From Deltaproteobacteria bacterium (lineage in GTDB: Bacteria > Desulfobacterota > Desulfuromonadia > Geobacterales > Pseudopelobacteraceae), in contig JACPFJ010000028.1 of NCBI GenBank assembly GCA_016182975.1, forward strand, positions 4,948 through 68,947: DNA of 64,000 nucleotides, written 5' to 3'. Shown one piece after another: positions 9,124-17,661 of the stretch. The notes under the pieces were generated by a model. The model saw nothing but the letters and a program-made list of their open reading frames with translations. It had not been told where the DNA came from and made no database searches. Within the stretch, counting starts at the first letter, position 1. Each line of letters starts with the position of its first letter. Made by a program: the position numbers and the translations under genes.

Positions 9124-9152
9124 GGGCGGCCTGGTTATGGTCGCCCTTTTTT
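9124..9152 (+). terminator. Rho-independent terminator after cheB
   Basis: Hairpin GGGCGGCC-tggttat-GGTCGCCC followed by TTTTTT. Confidence 0.75.
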
Positions 9153-9331
9153 GTCAGCGCTGTGCGTGAACCACCAACCCCTTGGCGGTGGTTTGCACCT
9201 TGCAGTTGGAATATCCGAGCCGCTTCAGCCGCCACAGGATGAAGAAGGCGGCAATCGGATGAACCCCCGGCAGGAACAGGGGGAAGTGATCGACGGGAAG
9301 CGAGCGGATTGCCCGCCAGGTGGCGGAAATG

Positions 9332-9748
9332 TTAGTTCGCTTCAAAAGGATTTAAGAGAACCGCGCCTGTTCGCATCACATCACGAACATTACGCGTAAC
9401 CAGGGTTAGATTGTGGTGAAGCGCCGTCGCCGCCAAGAGTCCATCTATGACCGAGATGGGATCGGGTATCCCCATTCGACCCCAACAATCGGCAATTTCG
9501 GCCGTGACCGGCAGAATTCGGTCGCCGGCCTCACCTCTGACGGAAAAAAGCCAGTTTTCAAGTCGTTCCGCACCTATTTCGTCACGACGACGCATCAGTT
9601 CAATTCCGTGACGGATCTCTCCCAAGACGAGTGTCGAAATGTGGATGTCCTCCGAAGCAATGGAATCAAACCAGAGTCGAACGTTGGCATCCATGCGCGC
9701 GCCTTTCCGCAATTCCGAAAGGACATTCGTATCTATCAGGAATCCCAT
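9332..9748 (-). CDS. vapC: PIN-domain toxin (VapC/FitB-like)
   Basis: 'FLIDTNVLSELRKG' is the N-terminal PIN acidic motif. 138 aa. It overlaps the upstream small antitoxin-like ORF. Confidence 0.8.
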   Translation of the reverse strand: MGFLIDTNVLSELRKGARMDANVRLWFDSIASEDIHISTLVLGEIRHGIELMRRRDEIGAERLENWLFSVRGEAGDRILPVTAEIADCWGRMGIPDPISVIDGLLAATALHHNLTLVTRNVRDVMRTGAVLLNPFEAN

Positions 9749-9960
9749 GACACATCCCTGCGCCCAAAATCCCTCTGCCGCGCAAAATCCTCGTCCGTGC
9801 CGACGTCCGGCATATCCGCCAGTAATGATTTGAGGGAGCGACCGGGCTTGTCATTTTCATCAAGCGGCCAGAGGATAATCTCCAGACGCCTGTGTTGCAA
9901 TTCCAGCGGCAGTGGCAAGAGCGGAGGTGCATCATTAATTATTTGTCTAATGGGTTGCAT
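9736..9960 (-). CDS. Putative VapB-type antitoxin
   Basis: 74-aa ORF beginning MQPIRQ at the ATG at 9960. GGAGG lies 8 nt upstream. It overlaps vapC by 13 nt. The longer track ORF (to 10014) has no RBS. Confidence 0.55.
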   Translation of the reverse strand: MQPIRQIINDAPPLLPLPLELQHRRLEIILWPLDENDKPGRSLKSLLADMPDVGTDEDFARQRDFGRRDVSWDS

Positions 9961-10047
9961 ACTGTTTACCTCCGGATAATGGATAAAACGTAAACAATAA
10001 CAATATATCACCAATAAACTTGTAATGCACTGAATTCAGGTGAATTC

Positions 10048-11631
10048 CTATGAATGCTCGCTGGTCTCGTGGAACTCCAGCCCCTTCCAGTTCTCGATGG
10101 TGTTGTCCAGGCGCCACTGGCTGCCGGCCATGTAGGTCAGCTTCCCCTCGCCGTCGATGTAGACGTGCATGGCCTCCCGCTTCTCGAACTCCTCGATCCG
10201 TTTCCTCTCACCCGTGACCCAGCGGGCGGTGACGTAGCTGACCGGCTCGAAGGCCACCTTGACCCCGTATTCGTGCTCCAGGCGGTGCATGACCACCTCG
10301 AACTGCAACAGCCCCACCGCGCCGATGACCCAGTCGGCACCCATCAGCGGCTTGAAGACCTGGGTGGCGCCCTCCTCGGCCAGCTGCACCAGCCCCTTCT
10401 CCAGGGCCTTGGACTTCATCGGGTTCAAGAGGCGCACCTTGCGGAAGTGTTCCGGGGCGAAGCTGGGGATGCCGGTGAACTTCAGCTCCTCGCCCTGGGT
10501 GAAGGTGTCGCCGATCTTGATCGTGCCGTGGTTGTGGATGCCGATTATGTCCCCCGGCCAGGCCTCCTCCACATTGGTGCGGTCCTGGGCCATGAAGATG
10601 GTGGCGTTGGCGATCTGCACGTCACGCCCCAGCCGGACATGCCTGACCTTCATGCCGCGGGTGAACCGGCCGGAGCAGATGCGGAAAAAGGCGATCCGGT
10701 CGCGGTGGGCCGGGTCCATGTTTGCCTGGATCTTGAAGGTAAAACCGCTGAAGGGCTCCTCGTATGGGGAGACCGCCCTGGTGACGGTCTCGCGGGGAAG
10801 CGGCGCCGGTGCGTGCGCCACGAAGGCGTCCAGGAGTTGCTGGACGCCGAAGGTGTTGATGGCGCTGCCGAAGAAGACCGGAGTTTGCCGGCCGGCCAGG
10901 TAGGCCTCCCTGTCAAAGGGGTGGGCGGCCCCCTCCAGCAGCTCCACGTCGTGGCGCAACTCCGTCACCTGACTCCCCAGGAGCTCATCCAGCAGAGGGT
11001 CGTCCAGGCCGGTGACGGTCAGAACGCGTCCGGTGCCGTTCTGCGCCTCGGCGTCGAAGAAGGTCAACTCCTTGGTGTGGAGGTGATAGGTGCCCCGGAA
11101 GCGCTTGCCCATCCCCACCGGCCAGGTGACCGGCGCGGTCTGCATCCGCAGGTTCTTTTCAATGTCGTCCAGTAGGTCCAGCGGTTCCTGCCCCTCCCGG
11201 TCCAGCTTGTTCATGAAGGTCATGATCGGGGTGTGGCGCAGGCGGCAGACATCCAGCAGTTTCCTGGTCTGGCTCTCCACCCCCTTGACCGAGTCGATCA
11301 CCATCAGCACCGAGTCAACCGCGGTCAGCACCCGGTAGGTGTCCTCGGAGAAGTCGTTATGGCCCGGGGTGTCGAGCAGGTTGATCTCGCAGCCGTTGTA
11401 GGTGAATTTCATCACCGACGAGGTGACCGAAATGCCGCGCTGCTTCTCCAGCTCCATCCAGTCCGAGGTCGCATGGCGCGCGCTCTTCCTGGCCCGGACC
11501 TCGCCGGCCTGCTGGATGGCGCCGCCGAAGAGCAGCAGCTTCTCGGTTATGGTCGTCTTGCCGGCGTCCGGGTGGCTGATGATGGCGAAGGTGCGTCTTT
11601 TATCCACTTCCTGTTGATTATGCCTCTGCAC
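10048..11631 (-). CDS. prfC: Peptide chain release factor 3
   Basis: GTPase motifs '[12 protein letters not shown]', 'DTPGHNDF' and 'NKLDR'. The 527-aa length is typical. Confidence 0.95.
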   Translation of the reverse strand: MQRHNQQEVDKRRTFAIISHPDAGKTTITEKLLLFGGAIQQAGEVRARKSARHATSDWMELEKQRGISVTSSVMKFTYNGCEINLLDTPGHNDFSEDTYRVLTAVDSVLMVIDSVKGVESQTRKLLDVCRLRHTPIMTFMNKLDREGQEPLDLLDDIEKNLRMQTAPVTWPVGMGKRFRGTYHLHTKELTFFDAEAQNGTGRVLTVTGLDDPLLDELLGSQVTELRHDVELLEGAAHPFDREAYLAGRQTPVFFGSAINTFGVQQLLDAFVAHAPAPLPRETVTRAVSPYEEPFSGFTFKIQANMDPAHRDRIAFFRICSGRFTRGMKVRHVRLGRDVQIANATIFMAQDRTNVEEAWPGDIIGIHNHGTIKIGDTFTQGEELKFTGIPSFAPEHFRKVRLLNPMKSKALEKGLVQLAEEGATQVFKPLMGADWVIGAVGLLQFEVVMHRLEHEYGVKVAFEPVSYVTARWVTGERKRIEEFEKREAMHVYIDGEGKLTYMAGSQWRLDNTIENWKGLEFHETSEHS

Positions 11632-11707
11632 GTGCGTACTCCTCTATGCAATCGAAAGGCGGGCCTTTGCCCGCCTTGCCTGTTGACTTGTAACTATTCA
11701 GCGTTCG

Positions 11708-11823
11708 TCTCACACAAAGCCACAAAGGCACAAAGAAAGGGTGAATATCCTTGGTTGAAAGTTGGCTTACGAAAAGTTCCGACTGTTCGGTTTTCTTTGT
11801 GTGCTTCGTGCCTTCGTATGAGT
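11708..11823. mobile_element. Short inverted-repeat element related to the MITE-like family at 25396 and 38982
   Basis: Left arm is TCTCACACAAAGCCACAAAGGCACAAAGAAAGG. Right arm is TTTTCTTTGTGTGCTTCGTGCCTTCGTATGAG. Same (CACARAG)n arm architecture as the other copies. Confidence 0.5.
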
Positions 11824-11856
11824 ACAAGAAGTTTAGTGTTCTGAATCAATAAACGG

Positions 11857-12303
11857 TCAGCGCCTGAAGATCAGCCGATCCAGGCACCACTGGCCGCCGC
11901 CGGCGACCAGCAGGTAGAGCGCCATCCCCAAAAGGGCGACGTTGAACTCGATCCCGTGGCCGCGCCCGGGAACGCAGGCCCCATTGAGGAAGAAGCCGTG
12001 CGCCCAGTGGACCTTGTAGATGGCCACCAGCATGACCGCCGAGATGCCGGTCGCCGAGAGCCGGGTCAGGAAGCCGGTCAGGACGCCGAAGCCGCCGCCG
12101 AATTCGGCGATGATGGCCAGCAGGGTGAAGATCGGGGGGATGCCCATCTTTTCCTCGAAGGTCCTGAAGGTGGCGGTCAATCCCTGTCCGCCGAACAGCC
12201 CCAGGAGCTTCTGCGAACCATGCGCCATGAAGATCAGCCCCAGGGGGATCCGCACCATCAGCGGGGCAATCATGCCGCTTGCGTCAAAATTCCCTTTTGC
12301 CAT
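11857..12303 (-). CDS. DoxX family membrane protein
   Basis: 148 aa from the ATG at 12303 (MAKGNF...). Four hydrophobic segments. 'LGLIFMAHGSQKLLGLFGG' is DoxX-like. The longer track ORF reads through the tRNA. Confidence 0.75.
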   Translation of the reverse strand: MAKGNFDASGMIAPLMVRIPLGLIFMAHGSQKLLGLFGGQGLTATFRTFEEKMGIPPIFTLLAIIAEFGGGFGVLTGFLTRLSATGISAVMLVAIYKVHWAHGFFLNGACVPGRGHGIEFNVALLGMALYLLVAGGGQWCLDRLIFRR

Positions 12304-12382
12304 GCCATGCCTCCGCGACGTCCGGGGTGGGGCGCTGCCGCGCAAATACAAAAGGGGACATATGTCCCCAAGGGTGATAAAT

Positions 12383-12459
12383 TGGCGGGCGGCATGGGAT
12401 TCGAACCCACGACCCCAGGCTTCGGAGGCCTGTACTCTATCCAGCTGAGCTAACCGCCC
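12383..12459 (-). tRNA. tRNA-Arg (anticodon CCG)
   Basis: The reverse complement folds as a cloverleaf: GGGCGGT-TA-GCTC..GAGT-A-CAGGC-CUCCGAA-GCCTG-GGGTC-GTGGG-TTCGAAT-CCCAT-GCCGCCC-G-CCA. CCA is encoded. Confidence 0.85.
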
Positions 12460-12607
12460 GCACATGAGGGCATCCGCCCGCAGGCGGATGACTTGTAAGA
12501 GTAACATTAATAAGGGCGGCAACTCAAGCCAAAAATCTGTCAATTTGGCGTTTCGTTTGCTAAACTGCCTCACATCCGGCGGATCACTATAAGTATTCGG
12601 GTGTGAC

Positions 12608-13228
12608 ATGAATAATCGAAACGCAATCCGCGTCATCGGCCTGACCGGCGGGATCGCCAGCGGCAAGAGCACGGTGGCCAGGTTCCTCGAAGAGCAGGGC
12701 GCCGTGGTTGTCGATGCCGACGCCCTGTCGCGCGAGGCGGTCGGACCGGGGAGCGCCGCGCTGGCGCGGATCGTGGCCGCATTCGGCGAGGAGATGCTCC
12801 TGCCGGGCGGCGGCCTCGACCGCAAACGCCTGGGCAGGGTGGTGTTCGCCGATCCCGCCAAGCGCACGCTTCTGGAAGGAATCGTTCACCCCGAGATCAG
12901 GCGCCTGGCGGACGAACGCATCGCCAGTGCCGCCGCCGAGGGGCGGCGTGTGGTTTTCTACATGGCGCCGCTCCTGATCGAGTCCGGCTCCGTCGAGCGG
13001 GTCGACGAGGTCTGGGTGGTGACCGTCCGCCCGGAAATCCAGTTGGAGCGTCTGATGAGGCGCGACGGCATCGGCCGCGAGGAGGCCGGGCGCATCATCG
13101 CCAGCCAGATGCCGCTGGTCGAGAAGGAGCGCCACGGCAGCATCGTGATCGACAACAGCGGTACACCCGAAGAGACGCGCCGCGTGCTGGCCGAAATCTG
13201 GGCGCGGGAGATCAGGAGCATGCAATGA
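12608..13228 (+). CDS. coaE: Dephospho-CoA kinase
   Basis: P-loop 'IGLTGGIASGKST'. 206 aa. Confidence 0.9.
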   Translation: MNNRNAIRVIGLTGGIASGKSTVARFLEEQGAVVVDADALSREAVGPGSAALARIVAAFGEEMLLPGGGLDRKRLGRVVFADPAKRTLLEGIVHPEIRRLADERIASAAAEGRRVVFYMAPLLIESGSVERVDEVWVVTVRPEIQLERLMRRDGIGREEAGRIIASQMPLVEKERHGSIVIDNSGTPEETRRVLAEIWAREIRSMQ

Positions 13229-14406
13229 GCGAGAAGAACCACATATTGAGAAAGGGGTCACGGCCGGCGTCGCCGCCGGATGTTCCCTTGCACTGCTTTG
13301 CCGCTGTCCCGCGCGGGGCCGAGGAGATGACGGCCGCCGAGCTGGCGGCGCTGGGTATCCGGGGGGCGGCCGTGGGGCGCGGCGGGGTCTCGTTTACGAC
13401 CGGCCGGGCCGGCCTGTACCGCGCCAACCTCTGGCTGCGCAGCGCCAGCCGGGTGCTGGTAGGGCTGGCCGAGTTCCCCTGCGCCACCCCGGACGAGCTC
13501 TACGCCGGTGTGCACGCCATTGCCTGGCAGGAGTTGATCACCCCGGCCATGACCCTGGCGGTGGACTGCACCCTGCGCGACTCGGCCCTGACCCACTCCG
13601 GATTCGTGGCGCTCAAGACCAAGGACGCCATCGTGGACCGCATCCGCGAGGCATGCGGCAGCCGCCCCAACGTCGATACCGCCGCACCGGACGTGCGTGT
13701 CAACATCCACCTGGCGAAGAACCGCTGCAGCGTCAGCCTGGACAGCTCGGGCGAGCCGCTGGACCGGCGCGGCTACCGGCTGGAGCGCACCGAGGCCCCG
13801 CTGCGCGAGACGCTGGCCGCCGCCGTGATCGCCCTGACCGGCTGGGACGGGACCATCCCGCTTGTGGACCCGATGTGCGGCTCGGGGACCATCCCCATCG
13901 AGGCGGCGCTGCTGGCGGCACGGACGCCGCCGGGCCTGCGGCGCTCGTTCGGCTTCCAGCGCTGGCTGGATTTCGACAACAGGTTGTGGGACAGGCTGCT
14001 CAAGGAGGCCGAGGGCGGGATACAGAGGCTTCCGGTCGGCTTGATAACCGGCTATGACCAGGACAGCCGGGCGCTGGTGCTGGCAGCTAAAAACGCCGCC
14101 AAGGCCGGATTCGAGGGACAGCTGCACTTCTTTCATGCCACCCTGGAGGCGTTCCGGCCGGAGGGGGACAAAGGGGTGCTGATCGTCAACCCCCCTTACG
14201 GCATGCGGCTGGGGGAAGAGGAGGAACTGCGGGAGCTGTACTGCCGCATCGGCGACATCATGAAGCAGCGCTGCCGCGGCTGGACCGGCTTCGTGCTGAC
14301 CGGCAACCTGGAGCTGGCCAAGTACATCGGCCTGAAGGCGTCGCGCCGCTTCGTGCTCTTCAACGGCCCTATCGAGTGCCGGCTCTTGCGCTACGAGCTG
14401 TACTGA
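13225..14406 (+). CDS. THUMP-domain class I SAM-dependent RNA methyltransferase (RlmL/COG0116-like)
   Basis: 'VDPMCGSGTIPIEAAL' SAM-binding motif and 'VNPPYGMR' catalytic motif. ATGA overlap with coaE. Confidence 0.8.
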   Translation: MSEKNHILRKGSRPASPPDVPLHCFAAVPRGAEEMTAAELAALGIRGAAVGRGGVSFTTGRAGLYRANLWLRSASRVLVGLAEFPCATPDELYAGVHAIAWQELITPAMTLAVDCTLRDSALTHSGFVALKTKDAIVDRIREACGSRPNVDTAAPDVRVNIHLAKNRCSVSLDSSGEPLDRRGYRLERTEAPLRETLAAAVIALTGWDGTIPLVDPMCGSGTIPIEAALLAARTPPGLRRSFGFQRWLDFDNRLWDRLLKEAEGGIQRLPVGLITGYDQDSRALVLAAKNAAKAGFEGQLHFFHATLEAFRPEGDKGVLIVNPPYGMRLGEEEELRELYCRIGDIMKQRCRGWTGFVLTGNLELAKYIGLKASRRFVLFNGPIECRLLRYELY

Positions 14407-14461
14407 CTCATCCGACCACAGGGTCCACCCATGTGGTTTTGTTTTTCGGGAAAAAATCGCC

Positions 14462-15175
14462 ATGCCTGCTGCCAAACGCCCCCCAGCGAAACATCAACCC
14501 AAAGGGCTTCCGATCCTCTACGAGGACAGGGATATCATCGTGGTGGAAAAACCGGGCGGCCTCTTGACGATGGGGACGGACCGGGACAAGTCGCGAACGG
14601 TCCACACCATTCTCAACGAGTATGTCCGCAAGGGGGACCCCCGTTCAAGAAACCGTGTCTACATCGTCCACCGCCTGGACCGCGAGACCTCCGGCATCCT
14701 GATCCTTGCCAAGAGCGAGCCGGCCAAGTCCTTTCTGCAGGGGCACTGGCAGGAGACCGACAAGCGCTACCTTACGGTCGTATACGGCCAGCTTGCGCCG
14801 AAGGCGGGGACGATCAGCAGCTACCTGGCCGAGAACAGCGCCTTTAAGGTCTATTCCACCCCCGATCCGGCACTGGGGCGGTTGTCCCATACCGAGTATA
14901 CGGTCCTGAAAGAGGCCAAAGGGTTCAGCCTGCTCGAAATCCACCTGCTCACCGGCCGCAAACACCAGATACGGGTGCACCTGTCGGAAAAGGGCAACCC
15001 CGTCGTGGGTGACGGAAAATACGGCAGGGGGAGCGATGCCCATGGCACCCTGGCACTGCATGCCAGATCGATCTCTTTCACACACCCTGTCAGCGGCAAA
15101 CGGCTGACCTTTGAAACCGGCATCCCGGATCTTTTTACCCGCCTGGTCGGGAAGATAGAAACGCCGGCAGCCTGA
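14462..15175 (+). CDS. RluA-family pseudouridine synthase
   Basis: 'HRLDRETSGILILAK' catalytic Asp motif and 'GRKHQIRVHL'. Confidence 0.9.
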   Translation: MPAAKRPPAKHQPKGLPILYEDRDIIVVEKPGGLLTMGTDRDKSRTVHTILNEYVRKGDPRSRNRVYIVHRLDRETSGILILAKSEPAKSFLQGHWQETDKRYLTVVYGQLAPKAGTISSYLAENSAFKVYSTPDPALGRLSHTEYTVLKEAKGFSLLEIHLLTGRKHQIRVHLSEKGNPVVGDGKYGRGSDAHGTLALHARSISFTHPVSGKRLTFETGIPDLFTRLVGKIETPAA

Positions 15176-15395
15176 TCGATCCCGCGACAACCTCTCGGGC
15201 TCTTAGTGAATCTCAGGTTCTACCCCAGGATTCCGATTGTGGAATGATTAGCAGGGGTTCCCTTTCGTGCTTTTCGTGTATTTCGTGGACCAGGATTGTT
15301 GTTGATGTGCTCCGTTGACAGGCGGGTAGCGCTGGGGCGGCCTTTTTTTATTCAACTGCCTTTTCAGGCCATAAACTGCAAGAAGAGAAAAACGG

Positions 15396-15755
15396 TTGCA
15401 CATTGTTCTCAAATATACAACAAATGAAGCTATTGTGAGAACAACAGCGAATAAACAGATAAAAACCAGCGGTCTGGCGGAAACCCTTTTCAGCGATTAC
15501 CGGCGGCGGGTGCTGGCCCTGTTGCTGCTGCGTCCCGACGAGCATTTCCATGTCAGAGAGATTTCCCGGTTGACGGCAATCCCGGCAGGGTCACTGCATC
15601 GGGAGCTCAAGCTGCTTGCGGATGCCGGACTCCTGGAGCGGCATGCGCAGGGCAATCAGGTCCGTTATCAGGCCAACCTGGATTGCCCTATTTTCACCGA
15701 ACTGGCCGGCATCTTCCGCAAGACCAGCGGTCTGGGGGCGACTCTAGGGACGTAG
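15396..15755 (+). pseudogene. Winged-helix (ArsR-like) N-terminal domain. Likely a truncated HTH-nucleotidyltransferase gene.
   Basis: 'LFSDYRRRVLALLLL..FHVREISRLTAIPAGSLHRELKLLADAGLL..GNQVRYQAN...IFRKTSGL' matches, from memory, the N-terminal half of wHTH+NTase proteins. The ORF stops inside the palindrome at 15747. Confidence 0.4.
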
Positions 15756-15862
15756 TTTATTTGTCTAGTAACTCCGACAAAAAAGCACGTTAGTGAACTA
15801 ATAAACAACGTCCCCGGCGGGGTCCCCGCTTCGCTCCGCCGGTGCGCCTTGTAACGTTGAAC
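15747..15862. repeat. Structured site 1: a 68-bp imperfect palindrome followed by an attC-like unit (AAACAAC...GTTGAAC)
   Basis: GGGACGTAGTTTATT (15747-) pairs with AATAAACAACGTCCC (-15814). Then come the inverted CCGGCGG and CCGCCGG, a central CCGCTTCGCTCCGC, and a terminal GTTGAAC (15856-15862). Confidence 0.55.
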
Positions 15863-15883
15863 GAAAAGAGAGAGGAATTAAAT

Positions 15884-16198
15884 ATGCCGACGATCCGAAC
15901 TCTTAGCGGAAGAAACTCCTTTTCGTACACAGGAAACTGCAAAGAAGGGTTTTATCTGGAGTACTCCGACCGCCCCTTCGTCTCCCCTCAAGTTATTTCC
16001 TCAATTACTTCATTTTTTTGTGGCACCACAGTCATTGGAGGCTTCAATGTCAGCAATCCCAAAGGCTTCGGAAAGTGGCTCCAAGAAAACACTTCTTTCA
16101 CATCAAGACATGGCTCACATATCGCCGCAGTATTGGCTCATGAAGACTTGCTGGTGCCTTCCTGGGACGGGAACCGAATACTGCTTCATTTTCGCTAG
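15884..16198 (+). CDS. Hypothetical protein (cassette ORF A)
   Basis: ATG at 15884 preceded by AGAGAGGA. 104 aa. Low-GC context. No family recognised. Confidence 0.5.
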   Translation: MPTIRTLSGRNSFSYTGNCKEGFYLEYSDRPFVSPQVISSITSFFCGTTVIGGFNVSNPKGFGKWLQENTSFTSRHGSHIAAVLAHEDLLVPSWDGNRILLHFR

Positions 16199-16225
16199 TC
16201 AGCATTCGTAAAAGAGGAGGCACCC

Positions 16226-16609
16226 TTGTCAGTTCAGGCCATTGTTGTCGCGATTATTTCCTCACTTATTTCAGGATTGGTCGGCGTGGCAGTTTCGGCG
16301 TGGTTTTTCTACAAGCTGGAGCGACACAAACTGAAACTCGACCTTGCACGTAGACTGTTAGGAAACCGGTTCAGTATTTTGGGTGACAACTTCTCATGTG
16401 CAATGAACGAGGTCATTGCAGTTTTCGCTGACTCTCCAGAAGTGCTTGAAAAGATGGGGCGGCTTTATGAGGCACTTCAGGTGCCGGGAAAACCAAATGC
16501 TAACGGGGCGCTCATGGACTTTCTTAAGGCGGTTTGCAAGAGTTCGGGGCTTACGCAGGCGACTTTGAACGATGGTTACCTCATCAAAACGTTAAATGCC
16601 AGAAACTAA
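16226..16609 (+). CDS. Hypothetical N-terminally membrane-anchored protein (cassette ORF B)
   Basis: TTG start 6 nt after AGAGGAGG. One TM (IVVAIISSLISGLVGVAVSAWFFY) then a soluble domain. No family recognised. Confidence 0.5.
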   Translation: MSVQAIVVAIISSLISGLVGVAVSAWFFYKLERHKLKLDLARRLLGNRFSILGDNFSCAMNEVIAVFADSPEVLEKMGRLYEALQVPGKPNANGALMDFLKAVCKSSGLTQATLNDGYLIKTLNARN

Positions 16610-16676
16610 CGTCCAACAAGGCTAGTAGACCGGTCGCGATAAACCCCGCGCCGGTCACCGCCAAGCCGTTATGACA
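16605..16676. repeat. Structured site 2 (attC-like): GTCCAAC ... GTTATGA
   Basis: It starts at the stop codon of ORF B. GTCCAAC (16611-16617) fits RYYYAAC. Inner inverted repeats are GACCGG..CCGGTC and CGCG..CGCG. It ends with GCCGTTATGAC. Confidence 0.5.
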
Positions 16677-16734
16677 CGAATATGATGAAAACAAAAAGGC
16701 AAAACGGCGAGAAGGCGAGCCAAGCGAGGATTCA

Positions 16735-17028
16735 ATGCAAATGGGTGAGATACAGCAGAACTACAGGAAGAGAAAAACCATCTACTTGGGTTTAATTGCA
16801 GCCTTATTTGCAATTCTCATAGCCTTTCGATTTATCGCACCAGAGGGCGAACATAAAGTAACATCACTAGAAGCAATGATGATTGTCTCGCTAATCGGGA
16901 TTGTTGTAGCTATCTATGCAGTATTCCGCTGCCCAAAATGCAAGACTGCCCTGGTCCCAGCATATTCCGCATCATGGGGAAAGCTGAACCACTGTCCAAA
17001 GTGTGGTGTCAATCTGTCTGGCAAATGA
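16735..17028 (+). CDS. Hypothetical two-TM protein with a C-terminal zinc ribbon (cassette ORF C)
   Basis: Two hydrophobic helices then 'CPKC..(x17)..CPKC'. 97 aa. Confidence 0.5.
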   Translation: MQMGEIQQNYRKRKTIYLGLIAALFAILIAFRFIAPEGEHKVTSLEAMMIVSLIGIVVAIYAVFRCPKCKTALVPAYSASWGKLNHCPKCGVNLSGK

Positions 17029-17048
17029 AGCACCTGTGAGGGCAGTGA

Positions 17049-17121
17049 ATAAACAACGTCATAACTAAGCGCAGCAGCAGTCTCCGCTTCGCTCCGCTGC
17101 TGTACTCTCCCATGTTGGGCA
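17049..17121. repeat. Structured site 3 (attC-like): AAACAAC ... GTTGGGC
   Basis: It shares AATAAACAACGTC and the central CCGCTTCGCTCCGC with site 1. Inverted repeats are CAGCAGCAG and CTGCTG. The terminal GTTGGGC fits GTTRRRY. Confidence 0.55.
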
Positions 17122-17240
17122 GAAAGTGAAATAAATTTAGAATTGATGGGGGTTAGATGCGGGGACGATGGAGCGTTATTGGCAAGTGGGACTGAAACAA
17201 CGTGAAGTCTTCATCTGTGGTGAATAGAGGAGGACAGGGT

Positions 17241-17328
17241 GTTTATTTGTTTACTAACGCTGACTTGACTGCGACATGATAAACAAATAAACAACGTCAC
17301 CGGAGAGGCCCGTCACCGGAGAGGCCCC
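17241..17328. repeat. 14-bp perfect hairpin plus a fourth AAACAACGTC box and a 16-nt tandem duplication
   Basis: TGTTTATTTGTTTA (17241-54) pairs with TAAACAAATAAACA (17281-94). GTCACCGGAGAGGCCC occurs twice in tandem (17297-17312 and 17313-17328). Confidence 0.8.
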
Positions 17329-17442
17329 TGGCAGAGGAAGGTCGTATATCATTGAAGTTCGTAACAGACGACATATCAATTGGTTAGTAGTCGCAATTTG
17401 ACAAATTGACTACGTCCCCGGATGGGTCCCCCAGCCCTGAAT

Positions 17443-17661
17443 TTACCACTCATCGCGCATCTTCCGCTGGGTTGCTACGGCATCTCCCTTCCAGGACAGC
17501 TTGCCGCAGAGATCTGAGAAACGGTAAGTTGCCGCATGTTGAGTTTTCATTTTCTTCGTTTTGCCGCTCCGGTACAAAAGAAACTGATAAAAATCCCGTA
17601 CCTCTCGCCGTGAAGACGCGGGCAGAACGGAAAGATCGAGCAGGTCGGCTGTTGTCGCCAT
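17443..17661 (-). CDS. DUF2281-like antitoxin-type small protein with no partner toxin visible
   Basis: 'LSVLPASSRREVRDFYQFLL' and the C-terminal 'WKGDAVATQRKMRDEW' resemble, from memory, DUF2281 antitoxins that normally precede PIN toxins. Confidence 0.5.
   Translation of the reverse strand: MATTADLLDLSVLPASSRREVRDFYQFLLYRSGKTKKMKTQHAATYRFSDLCGKLSWKGDAVATQRKMRDEW

Noticed and set aside
9154-9345. 63-aa minus-strand ORF and its 82-aa antisense partner downstream of cheB
   Set aside because: No RBS, no recognisable family, and mutually overlapping. Kept only as a possible gene remnant in a finding.
12383-12459. tRNA-Arg as the integration site of the accessory block at 15.2-17.8 kb
   Set aside because: Three housekeeping genes separate them, and I saw no duplicated copy of the tRNA 3' end elsewhere in the window.
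11857-12867. 336-aa ORF extending upstream of the DoxX gene
   Set aside because: The extension reads straight through the tRNA-Arg gene and the coaE promoter region. The DoxX homology starts only at the ATG at 12303.
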